Assembly: GCA_031288595.1 (NCBI GenBank)
Contig: JAITRB010000012.1
Span: 1 to 16,843, forward strand
DNA: 16,843 nucleotides
Source of the DNA: Puniceicoccales bacterium
GTDB taxonomy: Bacteria; Verrucomicrobiota; Verrucomicrobiia; Opitutales; JAIRLG01
Direction: 5' to 3'
Shown: positions 1-8,261 of the stretch, in pieces
Layout: each line of letters opens with the position of its first letter
Position numbering within the stretch: the stretch's first letter is position 1
Program-made: the position numbers and the translations under genes
Notes under the pieces: model-generated
What the model was told of the DNA's origin: nothing
What the model saw: the letters and a program-made list of their open reading frames with translations, nothing else
Databases searched by the model: none

Positions 1-10
1 ATCCAATCTC

Positions 11-86
<76 letters not shown>

Positions 87-152
87 AAACAGAACTTCTC
101 ACCCTGAACATCGCTGGGAGAAAGTCAAGGAAACTCAGTTCTAGACCTAGAT

Positions 153-2507
153 CTAGAGCCAGAGCTGGGGCATTTCCCCAATGTCCAGATTCTCCAAGAA
201 TTTGGGAAGAGAGGCTGCCTTTTCCCGAAAGAGCATTTGGGCCATATTGCCTGGGCCTTTGGGGAAGAGGGATTCATCGTCCACGAGAAAGCAGCATCTC
301 TTGGCCCGCGTCAGGGCCACGTAGAGCAGACGCTCCTCGTTCTGGGTCTGCCGAAGTCCGATCTCTTCGGCGAATTCTGGGAGCTGCTGCCTGTCGAAAA
401 TCACGTGTGGGCCATCGGAGGAGGAAATCCATCTGGGGTAGCGATGAGTAGGCTCGTGTTTGCCGCGGTAGAGGAAGGGGATGATCACGACGGGCCATTC
501 GAGGCCCTTGGCCTTGTGGAAGCTGAAGAACTGAATCGCATCGGGCGCAACAGCCATCGCCGTCTCGCCCTCATCCAGAAGAGCCGCGAGTTCCCGCCAC
601 CACTCATCGAGTGTGAGGGAACGGCAGCTGGCCTCACGGGCTCGCTCGCGAAAGGCCTCGTAGTCGGGCCCAAAGCTCCTTTCGAAAATCACCTCCAGCC
701 GCTCGGTTACTCGATAGCGCTCCTGCAGATATTCCAGCATTTGTACGGGACTGTAGGCCAAAATTTCTGCATAATTCCTCTGAAAATCTTCGCAGATTTG
801 CCGAATTTCACCCTCCTCCTCCCCTAGGGCGAAGTGGCGGGCGATACGTGCATCGGAAATACCGAAGATCTCCCGAAGAACACCGCTCAGCTCGAAATCA
901 TTTCTCGGCTCCAGGGAAACTTTTATGAGCGCGCTCATCCAGGCATAGAACGGTCGGTCGCGGTACGTCGTTTCCTGAGAGTGCAGCTGGTAGGCCGGTG
1001 TGCCCGAAAGGTCTTGAAAGGCCTGAGCCAGCTCGTGTAACCATTTCTTTCTCGGGCATAGGAGCGCGATCTCCGACCACTGTTCGACTCCAAAATCCGA
1101 TGCCGAGCGCTTTTGAAAGGCCTTGGCGATGAGGCGAGCCTCTTCGCGAGGCGGTTCTTCTGGGACGCAATCGGATGAAATGAGCCACCGATAGACATGA
1201 CCTCGAACGGCATCTGGTCTTGCCTGTAGAGGGACGAAGGCAGCCTGACCCTCGACCCCCGTTAGAATTTTTGGGAACTGCGCATTGACGAAATCCACCA
1301 GCGTTCGTGGGCAGCGCAGGGTTACCGAAAAGCTGAGCGCTTCGGCCCCCTGCTCTTCGATCAGTCGCCGGTGCAGTTCCAGATAGGTCGGCAGTGCTGC
1401 GCGCTCGGCATAGATGGACTGCTGCGGATCGCCCACCATGCAGAAATAACCCGCTGCCGGAAAGCTCCAGGGCTGTCGCTGGGCACTGGCCAGGGATAGC
1501 AGCCATTCGAACTGATGGAAATCTGTATCCTGTGCCTCATCCAGAATCACGCGATGGCGGGGAATGTTTTTGGCCATCCTCTCGTCGCCCAGGCAGCGGT
1601 GGGCCAGGAGGATGAGGTCCTCGTAGAAAAGCAGTCCTTCCCGAATCCTGTACTGCAGGTATTGCTCCTGCACTTCGGCCAAAAGGGCCCGCAGGATGTG
1701 ATCTGACCAGCGCCAGTACTTTTTCATTTCCGGCAGGAGAAGGGCGAGAAAGGGTGCATGATTTGTCTCTATCTTCGGGAGAGAAGCCCCTTTTTTTCCA
1801 TCCTCCCAGTCCTTCAATTGCCCTTGCAGGCGCACGACCTGGGCGGCTCCCCGTCCCTCGGCCCTGAACTGCTGAACGGCCGCGAGCTTCAGAACCGGTG
1901 GAGGCGGGAGAGGTATTTCATCCCCAAACATGGCTGAAGCTCTTTGCAAGAATAGGGGATTTTCCCGAAGAACCGGTGCTTCCGGCACGAGGGATAGGTA
2001 GTCCCAGAGATGGAAATCGGACTGGATTTTTACCAAAAAATCCGCTGGGATGGACCGGAAGAGCGTTGTAGTTTCTCCGAGAAAGCGCCGCCAGAACGAC
2101 TGTTTTTCCGTTTCCCTCAGGATATTGAAAGCGGGAGATAGGCCCAGCACCGGGCCATGGGAGCGGAGGAATTGATGGGCCAGGCCATGGATGGTCCCGA
2201 AGAAGACCGAGGACAATGGGCCTGAGAGATCACTTTCCAGCTCCAGTGGAGATTCTCGAAGCGATTTTCCTACACGTTGTTCCAGCTCCCCAGCCGCCTT
2301 TTCGGTATAGCTCACGACGAAGAGGGAATCGTCCTCATCCCAGAGAGGTGAAACAATTTCCGCTGCGCGGTGCCGGAGCCAAGTGACGACGCGAGAGGCA
2401 ATAGCACTCGTCTTGCCCACGCCCGCCGGGGCGATGACCGAGAAGTTGCGGTCGAGTTCGTGGATGAAGCGCGAGCGCTCCGCTTCATCGGCCAAGATCG
2501 TCTTCAT
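153..2507 (-). CDS. UvrD/Rep/PcrA-family superfamily-1 DNA helicase (784 aa), no recognisable C-terminal nuclease domain
   Basis: The SF1 motifs are readable in the translation. They are APAGVGKTS (Walker A/motif I), VSYTEKAAGELEQRV (Ia), ILDEAQDTD (II), VGDPQQSIY (III), FHKAKGLEWPVV (V) and LLYVALTRAK (VI). The long ORF has third-position GC bias. Its start ATG at 2507 overlaps the rsmE stop by 23 nt. Confidence 0.85.
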   Translation of the reverse strand: MKTILADEAERSRFIHELDRNFSVIAPAGVGKTSAIASRVVTWLRHRAAEIVSPLWDEDDSLFVVSYTEKAAGELEQRVGKSLRESPLELESDLSGPLSSVFFGTIHGLAHQFLRSHGPVLGLSPAFNILRETEKQSFWRRFLGETTTLFRSIPADFLVKIQSDFHLWDYLSLVPEAPVLRENPLFLQRASAMFGDEIPLPPPPVLKLAAVQQFRAEGRGAAQVVRLQGQLKDWEDGKKGASLPKIETNHAPFLALLLPEMKKYWRWSDHILRALLAEVQEQYLQYRIREGLLFYEDLILLAHRCLGDERMAKNIPRHRVILDEAQDTDFHQFEWLLSLASAQRQPWSFPAAGYFCMVGDPQQSIYAERAALPTYLELHRRLIEEQGAEALSFSVTLRCPRTLVDFVNAQFPKILTGVEGQAAFVPLQARPDAVRGHVYRWLISSDCVPEEPPREEARLIAKAFQKRSASDFGVEQWSEIALLCPRKKWLHELAQAFQDLSGTPAYQLHSQETTYRDRPFYAWMSALIKVSLEPRNDFELSGVLREIFGISDARIARHFALGEEEGEIRQICEDFQRNYAEILAYSPVQMLEYLQERYRVTERLEVIFERSFGPDYEAFRERAREASCRSLTLDEWWRELAALLDEGETAMAVAPDAIQFFSFHKAKGLEWPVVIIPFLYRGKHEPTHRYPRWISSSDGPHVIFDRQQLPEFAEEIGLRQTQNEERLLYVALTRAKRCCFLVDDESLFPKGPGNMAQMLFREKAASLPKFLENLDIGEMPQLWL

Positions 2508-3261
2508 GGAACTGTAGCCACTGGTCGATGACGCTCAGCGCGTAAGCACTGGCGGTTTCCGCCCTCAAAACTCGGCGGGATAGGCGGACTGCACGGATGT
2601 CCTTGGTCGCCAGGAGGCGATATTCTTCCGGACTGAAATCGCCGGCCGGCCCCACGAAAATGACGAACGAAGCGAAGGCCTTGCCCGAAGCCGCGTCCTC
2701 CAGCACATTCCAGAACCTTTCCGCCTCCGGTTCCAGGCTGGCGACGAGCAGAAGATTCGACTCTGTCGGCAATGGCGAGAGATAGTCTGCCAGGGATCGA
2801 GGGGGTAAAATTTCTGGCAGAAAAGGCTGGCCTGACTGCTTGCAAGCCGCAATAGCAATCGAGCGCCAGCGCTCCGATTTCCGCCTCTCCTGCCCCGGTG
2901 GGATTTTGCCCTCGCCGTGCTCGGTGAGGAGCGGAACAATTTGGCTCACGCCCAGAGCACTTGCCTCGCGGATCAGGGTATCCATGGTCCTGTGCTTGCC
3001 TAGGCCCTGAGCCAGGATAAGGGGATGCTTTGGGGCTGAGAAGGAAGATACTTTCTGCACCTGTGCCCAGGCCTGGTTTCGATGGATCTCCAGACAGGCG
3101 AGGGCTTGGGCACCCCTTCCGTCGAGTAGATAGATCTCGGCGCCATGCTTCGCCCTCAGGACATGGAGCAGGTGATGGGCCTCTGTTCGGGGCAAAAGGT
3201 ACTTTTGACCCACTGCCCATGGCGAGGGCTGCGGGAGGAAGCAGCGAAGGTGGCTTGACAT
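2485..3261 (-). CDS. rsmE: 16S rRNA (uracil1498-N3)-methyltransferase RsmE (258 aa)
   Basis: The translation has the typical RsmE layout. The N-terminal PUA-like part reads EAHHLLHVLRAKHGAEIYLLDGRG. The C-terminal SPOUT part reads FVGPAGDFSPEEY...RLSRRVLRAETASAYALS. Size is as expected for the family. Confidence 0.85.
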   Translation of the reverse strand: MSSHLRCFLPQPSPWAVGQKYLLPRTEAHHLLHVLRAKHGAEIYLLDGRGAQALACLEIHRNQAWAQVQKVSSFSAPKHPLILAQGLGKHRTMDTLIREASALGVSQIVPLLTEHGEGKIPPGQERRKSERWRSIAIAACKQSGQPFLPEILPPRSLADYLSPLPTESNLLLVASLEPEAERFWNVLEDAASGKAFASFVIFVGPAGDFSPEEYRLLATKDIRAVRLSRRVLRAETASAYALSVIDQWLQFHEDDLGR

Positions 3262-3310
3262 GGTGTTTTTAGGAATGAGGTGCTTTCTCTAGGGCTGGCG
3301 ATGAGGTTTA

Positions 3311-3412
3311 AGGGGGCTGTCTTTGGATCCCTCTGGGATCGCTCGCGGAGCGAGCCTCAAGGGAGGAGATGAAGCCTTGGCTTCATCTCCTCCCTTGCAA
3401 AGACAGCCCCCT
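3311..3412. repeat. Structured intergenic repeat, copy 1 (closing stem plus three hairpins, 102 nt)
   Basis: 3311-3325 pairs perfectly with 3398-3412 (15 bp). The enclosed hairpins are 3326-3331/3335-3340, 3341-3346/3350-3355 and 3359-3375/3380-3396. The copy shares identical blocks GCTGTCTTTGGATCCC, GGGATCGC and CCTTGCAAAGACAGC with 10859-10953. Confidence 0.75.
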
Positions 3413-3417
3413 AAGAA

Positions 3418-4158
3418 CTAAAAAGATCTCGGGATAATCCACTCCATGTCCTGAGCAGCCACCCAGCCGGAGCGGCTCCCATCCCGCGTCGTGACATAGA
3501 AAAATGCCTCATGCTGCTTCTGCGGATACACGTAGTTTCCGCTCAGCAGGGGGGAAAGGGTGGGACTTTTTTCCGTAGGTGCGACGCGCAGCGGGCTTTC
3601 CCTTACGAGGATGGCCTGCCGGTTCTTTTCCTCCAGCTGATGGAGGATAGGCACAAGGGCGAGCCACAGGAAGAGGTCCGTCATCCAAAGGGCCCGACGT
3701 AATCTCTTGGTGGAGGGCATTGCTGAGCGGGGACAAGCGAGGAGGATGGCCAAGAGCCAGAGAGCCAGAGAAGCTACATAGGCCCAGCAGCGCCCCGACG
3801 CGGGCAGCCCGAACTTCTCGGTCCATAGGGCCTTTGAAGGACAGGAAGGACCCCGTAGCCACCACTGACGCCGCGTTTCCCGTAACGCCGCATTCCCAGG
3901 ATCCAGGTGCAGCGCCCGTTCGAGATGAAGCAGGGCCTTGCCCCACTCTCCCTTCGCCTCGTAACAGCGCGCCAGCTGGGCCGATGTCGCGGCTGAAAAG
4001 CCTCCCTTTTGGGCATTTTGATAATGGGCGATGGCCTGGTCGACATGAGCTTCCTGCAGAGCGGTATTGCCCTGATAGAAGGCATTTTCGTTCCCCTGTG
4101 CCCAGGAGCAGAGGAAGAGCATAGATCCCAAAACCGATGAGATGGGGGAAATTTTCAT
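3418..4158 (-). CDS. batE: BatE-like protein: signal peptide, TPR repeats, two TM segments, C-terminal SH3-like domain (246 aa)
   Basis: I trimmed the track ORF 3418..4206 to the ATG at 4158 (MKISPISSVLGSMLFLCSWAQG, signal-like). That ATG forms an ATGA stop/start overlap with the upstream gene. A TPR-like segment reads AIAHYQNAQ...ARCYEAKGEWGKALLHLERALHLDP. The hydrophobic segments are WAYVASLALWLLAILLA and LFLWLALVPIL. The C-terminus GWVAAQDMEWIIP looks SH3b-like. It is the last gene of the Bat-type operon. Confidence 0.65.
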   Translation of the reverse strand: MKISPISSVLGSMLFLCSWAQGNENAFYQGNTALQEAHVDQAIAHYQNAQKGGFSAATSAQLARCYEAKGEWGKALLHLERALHLDPGNAALRETRRQWWLRGPSCPSKALWTEKFGLPASGRCWAYVASLALWLLAILLACPRSAMPSTKRLRRALWMTDLFLWLALVPILHQLEEKNRQAILVRESPLRVAPTEKSPTLSPLLSGNYVYPQKQHEAFFYVTTRDGSRSGWVAAQDMEWIIPRSF

Positions 4159-5963
4159 GATGGGGTTTGGGGTCGATGCCGAAAAATTTTCTGGATAAGT
4201 TCCCAATCCTCCTGGAGGGATTTCGGAGCAAGTGGCGAAGAAGCGAAGTGCTGCAGTTCCAGGTGCTGGCAGAGGACGCGGATGCTCTGCCTGTCCTCGT
4301 CGTTTGCCAATTTCTTTTCGCAGACCGACTGAATCTCCCCATAAGTCATCGACCGGCTGTCGAAAATACCCCAGGAGGCGAGACCGGCATGGAGCGCTTC
4401 CTGTAGGGCCTTGGCAGCAAGGTCCGCCTGTCCCTTTTCGATGGCCTTCTGAGCCTGTCCGAGAAACTGACGCAGGGAGCGCCGATGGCGCCTAGGATCC
4501 CTTTGCTCGAGCACTTTGGCCCTCTGCTTCGCATAGCTCCTCTCCAGCCAGACCAAGTACAGCACCAGCGGCAACAGCTGCCACAGCCAGAAGTTTCTCC
4601 GGCGATAGAAGGGTATAAGGCTCGAGAAATGGGCCGTGTCGTTTAGGTAGAAGAACGAGCTTTCCAAAGCTTCCGGCGTGTTTTCTTGGGCCTTAGGCTC
4701 ATCCGACTTTTCTGGCCGGGCATTCAAGGGAGCATTGCCCTTCGGGGCGCTTATCTGTGAACTGATCTGCCGATTGCGCGAGACCAAAATCTTTTCCTGA
4801 AATTCATGGCGCAGGGTCTGATACTCCCTCTTCTGTGGATCGAAATAACTCATCTCCACCGTCGGCAAGGCGAGCTCTCCCGTCTTGAGGGGCATGAGGA
4901 CGTAATCAAAGATCTTCTTCCCCTTATATCGCAATGCATCGGCAGGACGGAAATCTCCCTTCGGGGAATAGGTCTTCCAGTCCTCCGCTTTACACAAGAG
5001 CCCCGGTGGGGACAGCCGCTCCCAATTACCCTCGCCTTCCACCTCGACCCGCAGGGTCAGAGGTTCTTCCAAAAGCGTCTGGATATCGGAAATCTGGGAT
5101 CGGCCGAGAGAGAAATTCCCTATCGCTCCGCCGAAAGAACTGGGGGCCGATGCCGGCAAATTCTGCACCTTGAGGAAAAGTTTTTTGGAAAAAAGTTCCT
5201 CTTCTCTATTGTCGGAGAAAAGGCCGAACCATCCCATACCCATGGGCTCCTGAATGCTGAGGCCCAGGAGGTATTGCAGGGGCATCTCTCCGGCTTTAAT
5301 GGCTGAAATCGTCGTATCCCAGGCATAGACGACCTCGCCCCCGCGATTTTGGGGAACCGAGATTTTACGCAGTTCGGAAAAGGGCCCATTGATCCATGTT
5401 TTTTCCAATAGAAGGGGATTGGGTTGAAGGAGACTACAGGAGACTGAAGAATTCAGCTCGATTCGAATGGGAATGAGCTGACCGACATAAAAGGGCTCTG
5501 CACTCAAGAGAACGGTCGACAACTGCGCGGCGGAACGCCTGGGGTGGCTTTCTGTCCAATCCTCCTCCTCAGCCTCCTCTTCTCCCTCAAACACCTGCAG
5601 GGTGGCTGAGGGCAACTCGTATTCCTTGCCCTGAAGGGAGAAAGTCTGGGCTGGAATCGTAAAACTGCCCGTTCGGCGTGCCTGAACTTGAAAGGTTTGG
5701 GTCCGCTGTATCGACTGATGGCCGTTGATGGCATGCACCGACTGCAGGTTTTGTGACGATCCGAAGCGAAGGCCATCGACCGGCGGCGGCTGGTAAATGA
5801 ACTGTGGGATATTGCCGGATGCTTCCACCACATACTGCGCGCTCTGGCCGATTCGGATTCTGGATGGCCGAAAGAAAGCCTGAAGCTGGGCATCGGCCGC
5901 AGAGGCAATCCCCAAAATCCATGGGTAAAAACCGAGGAGTCGAAACCAAAATTGCCTGTTCAT
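4155..5963 (-). CDS. batD: BatD-like (oxygen-tolerance family) membrane-anchored protein (602 aa)
   Basis: It has an N-terminal signal peptide (WILGIASAADAQ), a long beta-rich exported region, one TM near residue 450 (FWLWQLLPLVLYLVWL) and a helical cytoplasmic tail. It occupies the BatD position after the VWA/TPR genes. The call rests on architecture and synteny only. Confidence 0.65.
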   Translation of the reverse strand: MNRQFWFRLLGFYPWILGIASAADAQLQAFFRPSRIRIGQSAQYVVEASGNIPQFIYQPPPVDGLRFGSSQNLQSVHAINGHQSIQRTQTFQVQARRTGSFTIPAQTFSLQGKEYELPSATLQVFEGEEEAEEEDWTESHPRRSAAQLSTVLLSAEPFYVGQLIPIRIELNSSVSCSLLQPNPLLLEKTWINGPFSELRKISVPQNRGGEVVYAWDTTISAIKAGEMPLQYLLGLSIQEPMGMGWFGLFSDNREEELFSKKLFLKVQNLPASAPSSFGGAIGNFSLGRSQISDIQTLLEEPLTLRVEVEGEGNWERLSPPGLLCKAEDWKTYSPKGDFRPADALRYKGKKIFDYVLMPLKTGELALPTVEMSYFDPQKREYQTLRHEFQEKILVSRNRQISSQISAPKGNAPLNARPEKSDEPKAQENTPEALESSFFYLNDTAHFSSLIPFYRRRNFWLWQLLPLVLYLVWLERSYAKQRAKVLEQRDPRRHRRSLRQFLGQAQKAIEKGQADLAAKALQEALHAGLASWGIFDSRSMTYGEIQSVCEKKLANDEDRQSIRVLCQHLELQHFASSPLAPKSLQEDWELIQKIFRHRPQTPS

Positions 5964-5975
5964 GGGATAGAAGGA

Positions 5976-8261
5976 CTACCAGGGTTGGGCATTTTCCGTC
6001 GACGGAGGTGGGCCGTAGAACAGAGGTAATATCTTCTCGTCACCCGCTTCGGAATCCAGAAGTGCCTTGGCCTCCATGAGGCTCATCTTCCCATCCATGA
6101 GCTCCGGAGCTTCCCCTGTATTTCCCATGGCGACGGAGCTGGCGCTACCCTTTCCCTGTTTTTCCAGATCTTCCTCTTCGCCTCCCTCACCGGCTCCTTC
6201 TTTGGCCTCTGCCGCCCCGGAGTCCTTCCTCTTCAAGGGAGAAGGTGGTGAAGCTGCTTGCTGCTTCCCTTGGGGGACTGAGGCGTCAGATGCTTGATCT
6301 CTCGAGCCGGCAGGGAATTGTCCGGAAGATTCCCTCTTGGCTGGCGATTCCTCGGCTTCTTCTCCTGAGCTTTTCTCCTGTTCCCGCTCTCCTTTCCCCT
6401 TTCCCTCACCTTCCTGGGGCTTCTCCCCCTGAGCCGATGGTTTTTCTGAGCTCGCAGCTCGATCCTTGTTTTCCGGCGATGCTTTCTTTTCCTCTCCCCC
6501 TTTTCCCTCTTGGGGATCTGAGGGATCTCTACCCGAATCCGATGACGATGGGCCAGAGGAAGAAGGGTCTCCTTTACCCTCTCCTTTGCCCTTTCTTTGG
6601 CCTTGCTCCGGCTCCTGATGGGACTGTCCTTTACTCTCTTGGGATGGTTCCGGATCGCCGGAATCCGGTGGGGATGCTCCCGAGTCCCCTGAGGGGTTTT
6701 CCTGTCCTCTCGGTGACGACGGAGGCTTTGGGCGTGCTTCGCGTTGGCGACGGAGTTCTTCTAAGTGATGTTGAACATAGCGGCGATTCTTCTCCGCGGC
6801 TTTGTAATCCTTCGACAACGCCAAGGCACTGTCGTACCATGAAATGCTATTTTCCCAGAGCTGTTGCACTAGCCCTAAGGTTTCATCTTCTTCCTCGCTA
6901 CCATCGGCCTTAGCCCCTTCTCTCTGCTTTTTTCCCTGTTCAAAACAGATGTTTCCCAAATCAAAAAATACTCTGTTTTTAAGTTCTGGATCAGGAGTTG
7001 CGATCAGTTTGTCGAGATATTTAGAGGCCTCGATCAAGTTTTTTTGGGCCAAATAGGTTGTCCCGAGATTGTAGAGCAGCCTCGGGTCATTGGGATGTTT
7101 GGCGATTTCCTTCTCATAATAGGCTTGGGCCTCGCCATATTGTCCTTCGGCGAAAAATTTTTCCCCTGGGCTCTGAACTGCTGAGGATTCGGAAATCCCG
7201 CCCTCAAACAGGCTCGCCGCAAGACAGAGAAGGAGCCAAGAAGCTCCACGGCGCCGCTCCCATTTCCTGGGCCGCTGATAGGTGGATAGAAGGGCTTCTA
7301 GGAACCAGAGGGCTATGGCCACCAGGAGGAAGTAGGGAAATCGCTCGGTGAAGACCTTTTCCTGATATACCTCCTGTTCCTTGATGGGAAAGCGATTCTT
7401 CAGTTCATCCATCAGCTGCTGCAGCTCCTGCACCGAGAGATGGACGTAGCGCCCCTCCGTGATTTCTGCCAATTTCTTCAATGTCGTCTCGTCGAGCTTG
7501 GTAACGACCTCCTTGCCCTCGGCATCCTTGAGGTACTGCGTCATTCGGTTTTCTCCTTGAATGGGGATCATGCCTCCCTCGAGGGTGCCGACGCCGATGC
7601 TGAAGATATGGAGCCCGTTCTTGGCCGCCGATTCCGCCGCCGCGATGGCATCCTTCTTCAACTCCTCACCGTCGGAGAAGAGCAGGATAAGGCGTTCGTT
7701 GCGCGTCTTTTCCAGCACCTTCTCTGCCGCCCGTACAGCTGAGGCAATGGAGGTACCCTGCTGCGGAATCGTGTCGACATCCAGGGCTTCCACACTCTGC
7801 AAAAAGGCCCGATAGTCTAGGGTCATAGGGCACTGGATGAAGGAATCATAGGCGAAGGCGATGAGGCCGATGCGGTGGCCGTGCAGCTCTCGCACGAAGT
7901 CTTGGATGGTGATTTTCGTGCGTTCGAGGCGGTTCGGCTTTAAATCCTCGGCCAGCATGCTCCGCGACACGTCGACGGCGAAGAGCACGTCCACTCCCTG
8001 AGTGTGGTATTCTTTCCAGGTATACCCCCAACGGGGTCTGGCTAGCGCTAAGGCGCAGAGGAGCGTGGCCAGAAGACAGAGGAGATATTTCACCATCTGT
8101 CGGATCGAACTGTGGTTGAGGACGAGGTGCTGCCAGGCCTTATCCGCGAGCAGTCGACGTCTTCGGACCTGCCGCTGTTTTTCGCTGTGTAGGAAGAGCA
8201 CAACGAGACAGCCGCACAGGGCGAAACCGATCCAGATATAGAAGGGATGAAGAAAATTCAT
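5976..8261 (-). CDS. batB: BatB/BatC-like fusion: TM, von Willebrand factor A domain, TM, TPR repeats, ~210-aa acidic/Ser/Gly/Pro/Lys-rich tail (761 aa)
   Basis: I trimmed the track ORF 5976..8318 to the ATG at 8261 (MNFLHPFYIWIGF...), which forms an ATGA overlap with the batA-like stop. The VWA MIDAS motif DVSRS sits in DVLFAVDVSRSMLAEDLKPNRL. The TPR-like stretch is GQYGEAQAYYEKEIAKHPNDPRLLYNLGTTYLAQKNLIEASKYL. Confidence 0.78.
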   Translation of the reverse strand: MNFLHPFYIWIGFALCGCLVVLFLHSEKQRQVRRRRLLADKAWQHLVLNHSSIRQMVKYLLCLLATLLCALALARPRWGYTWKEYHTQGVDVLFAVDVSRSMLAEDLKPNRLERTKITIQDFVRELHGHRIGLIAFAYDSFIQCPMTLDYRAFLQSVEALDVDTIPQQGTSIASAVRAAEKVLEKTRNERLILLFSDGEELKKDAIAAAESAAKNGLHIFSIGVGTLEGGMIPIQGENRMTQYLKDAEGKEVVTKLDETTLKKLAEITEGRYVHLSVQELQQLMDELKNRFPIKEQEVYQEKVFTERFPYFLLVAIALWFLEALLSTYQRPRKWERRRGASWLLLCLAASLFEGGISESSAVQSPGEKFFAEGQYGEAQAYYEKEIAKHPNDPRLLYNLGTTYLAQKNLIEASKYLDKLIATPDPELKNRVFFDLGNICFEQGKKQREGAKADGSEEEDETLGLVQQLWENSISWYDSALALSKDYKAAEKNRRYVQHHLEELRRQREARPKPPSSPRGQENPSGDSGASPPDSGDPEPSQESKGQSHQEPEQGQRKGKGEGKGDPSSSGPSSSDSGRDPSDPQEGKGGEEKKASPENKDRAASSEKPSAQGEKPQEGEGKGKGEREQEKSSGEEAEESPAKRESSGQFPAGSRDQASDASVPQGKQQAASPPSPLKRKDSGAAEAKEGAGEGGEEEDLEKQGKGSASSVAMGNTGEAPELMDGKMSLMEAKALLDSEAGDEKILPLFYGPPPSTENAQPW

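Noticed and set aside
147-156. The 10-bp palindrome CTAGATCTAG between tRNA-Ala and the helicase stop. Similar short palindromes are TTGAAATTTCAA (11628-11639) and AATTGCAATT (14562-14571).
   Set aside because: They are short, single-occurrence palindromes within the range expected by chance, with no repeated partner or positional logic that I can support.
237-1706. Track ORFs inside the helicase gene: 237..827 (+, 196 aa), 898..1506 (-, 202 aa), 935..1213, 1394..1615 and 1515..1706.
   Set aside because: They are antisense or off-frame shadows of a gene with clear SF1 helicase motifs. Their translations are Arg/Ala/Gly/Pro-rich and low in complexity, as expected from wrong-frame reading of GC-biased coding DNA.
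2504-3272. Off-frame and antisense ORFs over rsmE: 2504..3220 (-, 238 aa), 2565..2939 (-), 2597..2785 (+) and 3030..3272 (+).
   Set aside because: The RsmE frame carries recognisable family motifs. The alternatives are Arg/Pro/Gly-rich with no domain features.
3311-3412. Interpreting the cloverleaf repeat as a tRNA, tRNA-like gene, integron attC site, IS/MITE end or intrinsic terminator.
   Set aside because: Two of the three loops are only 3 nt, and there are no D-loop or T-loop consensus residues or anticodon loop. There are no RYYYAAC/GTTRRRY attC core sites. I see no clear target-site duplications, and the window has no transposase or integrase. No T-tract follows on either strand. A MITE-like origin cannot be fully excluded without genome-wide copies.
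3509-4342. A 277-aa minus-strand ORF spanning the batE-like/batD-like junction, plus 3720..4124 (+) and 3774..4085 (-).
   Set aside because: It crosses the ATGA-coupled gene boundary in the wrong frame, and its composition is dominated by R/G/S/P. The TPR/SH3 frame and the BatD-like frame explain the region.
6245-6913. A 222-aa + strand ORF (with 6067..6297) antisense to the low-complexity tail of the VWA/TPR protein.
   Set aside because: Reverse-strand reading of a GAA/GGA/AAG-rich tract gives long open Leu/Pro/Ser/Phe frames by chance. It has no start context and lies inside a well-supported gene.
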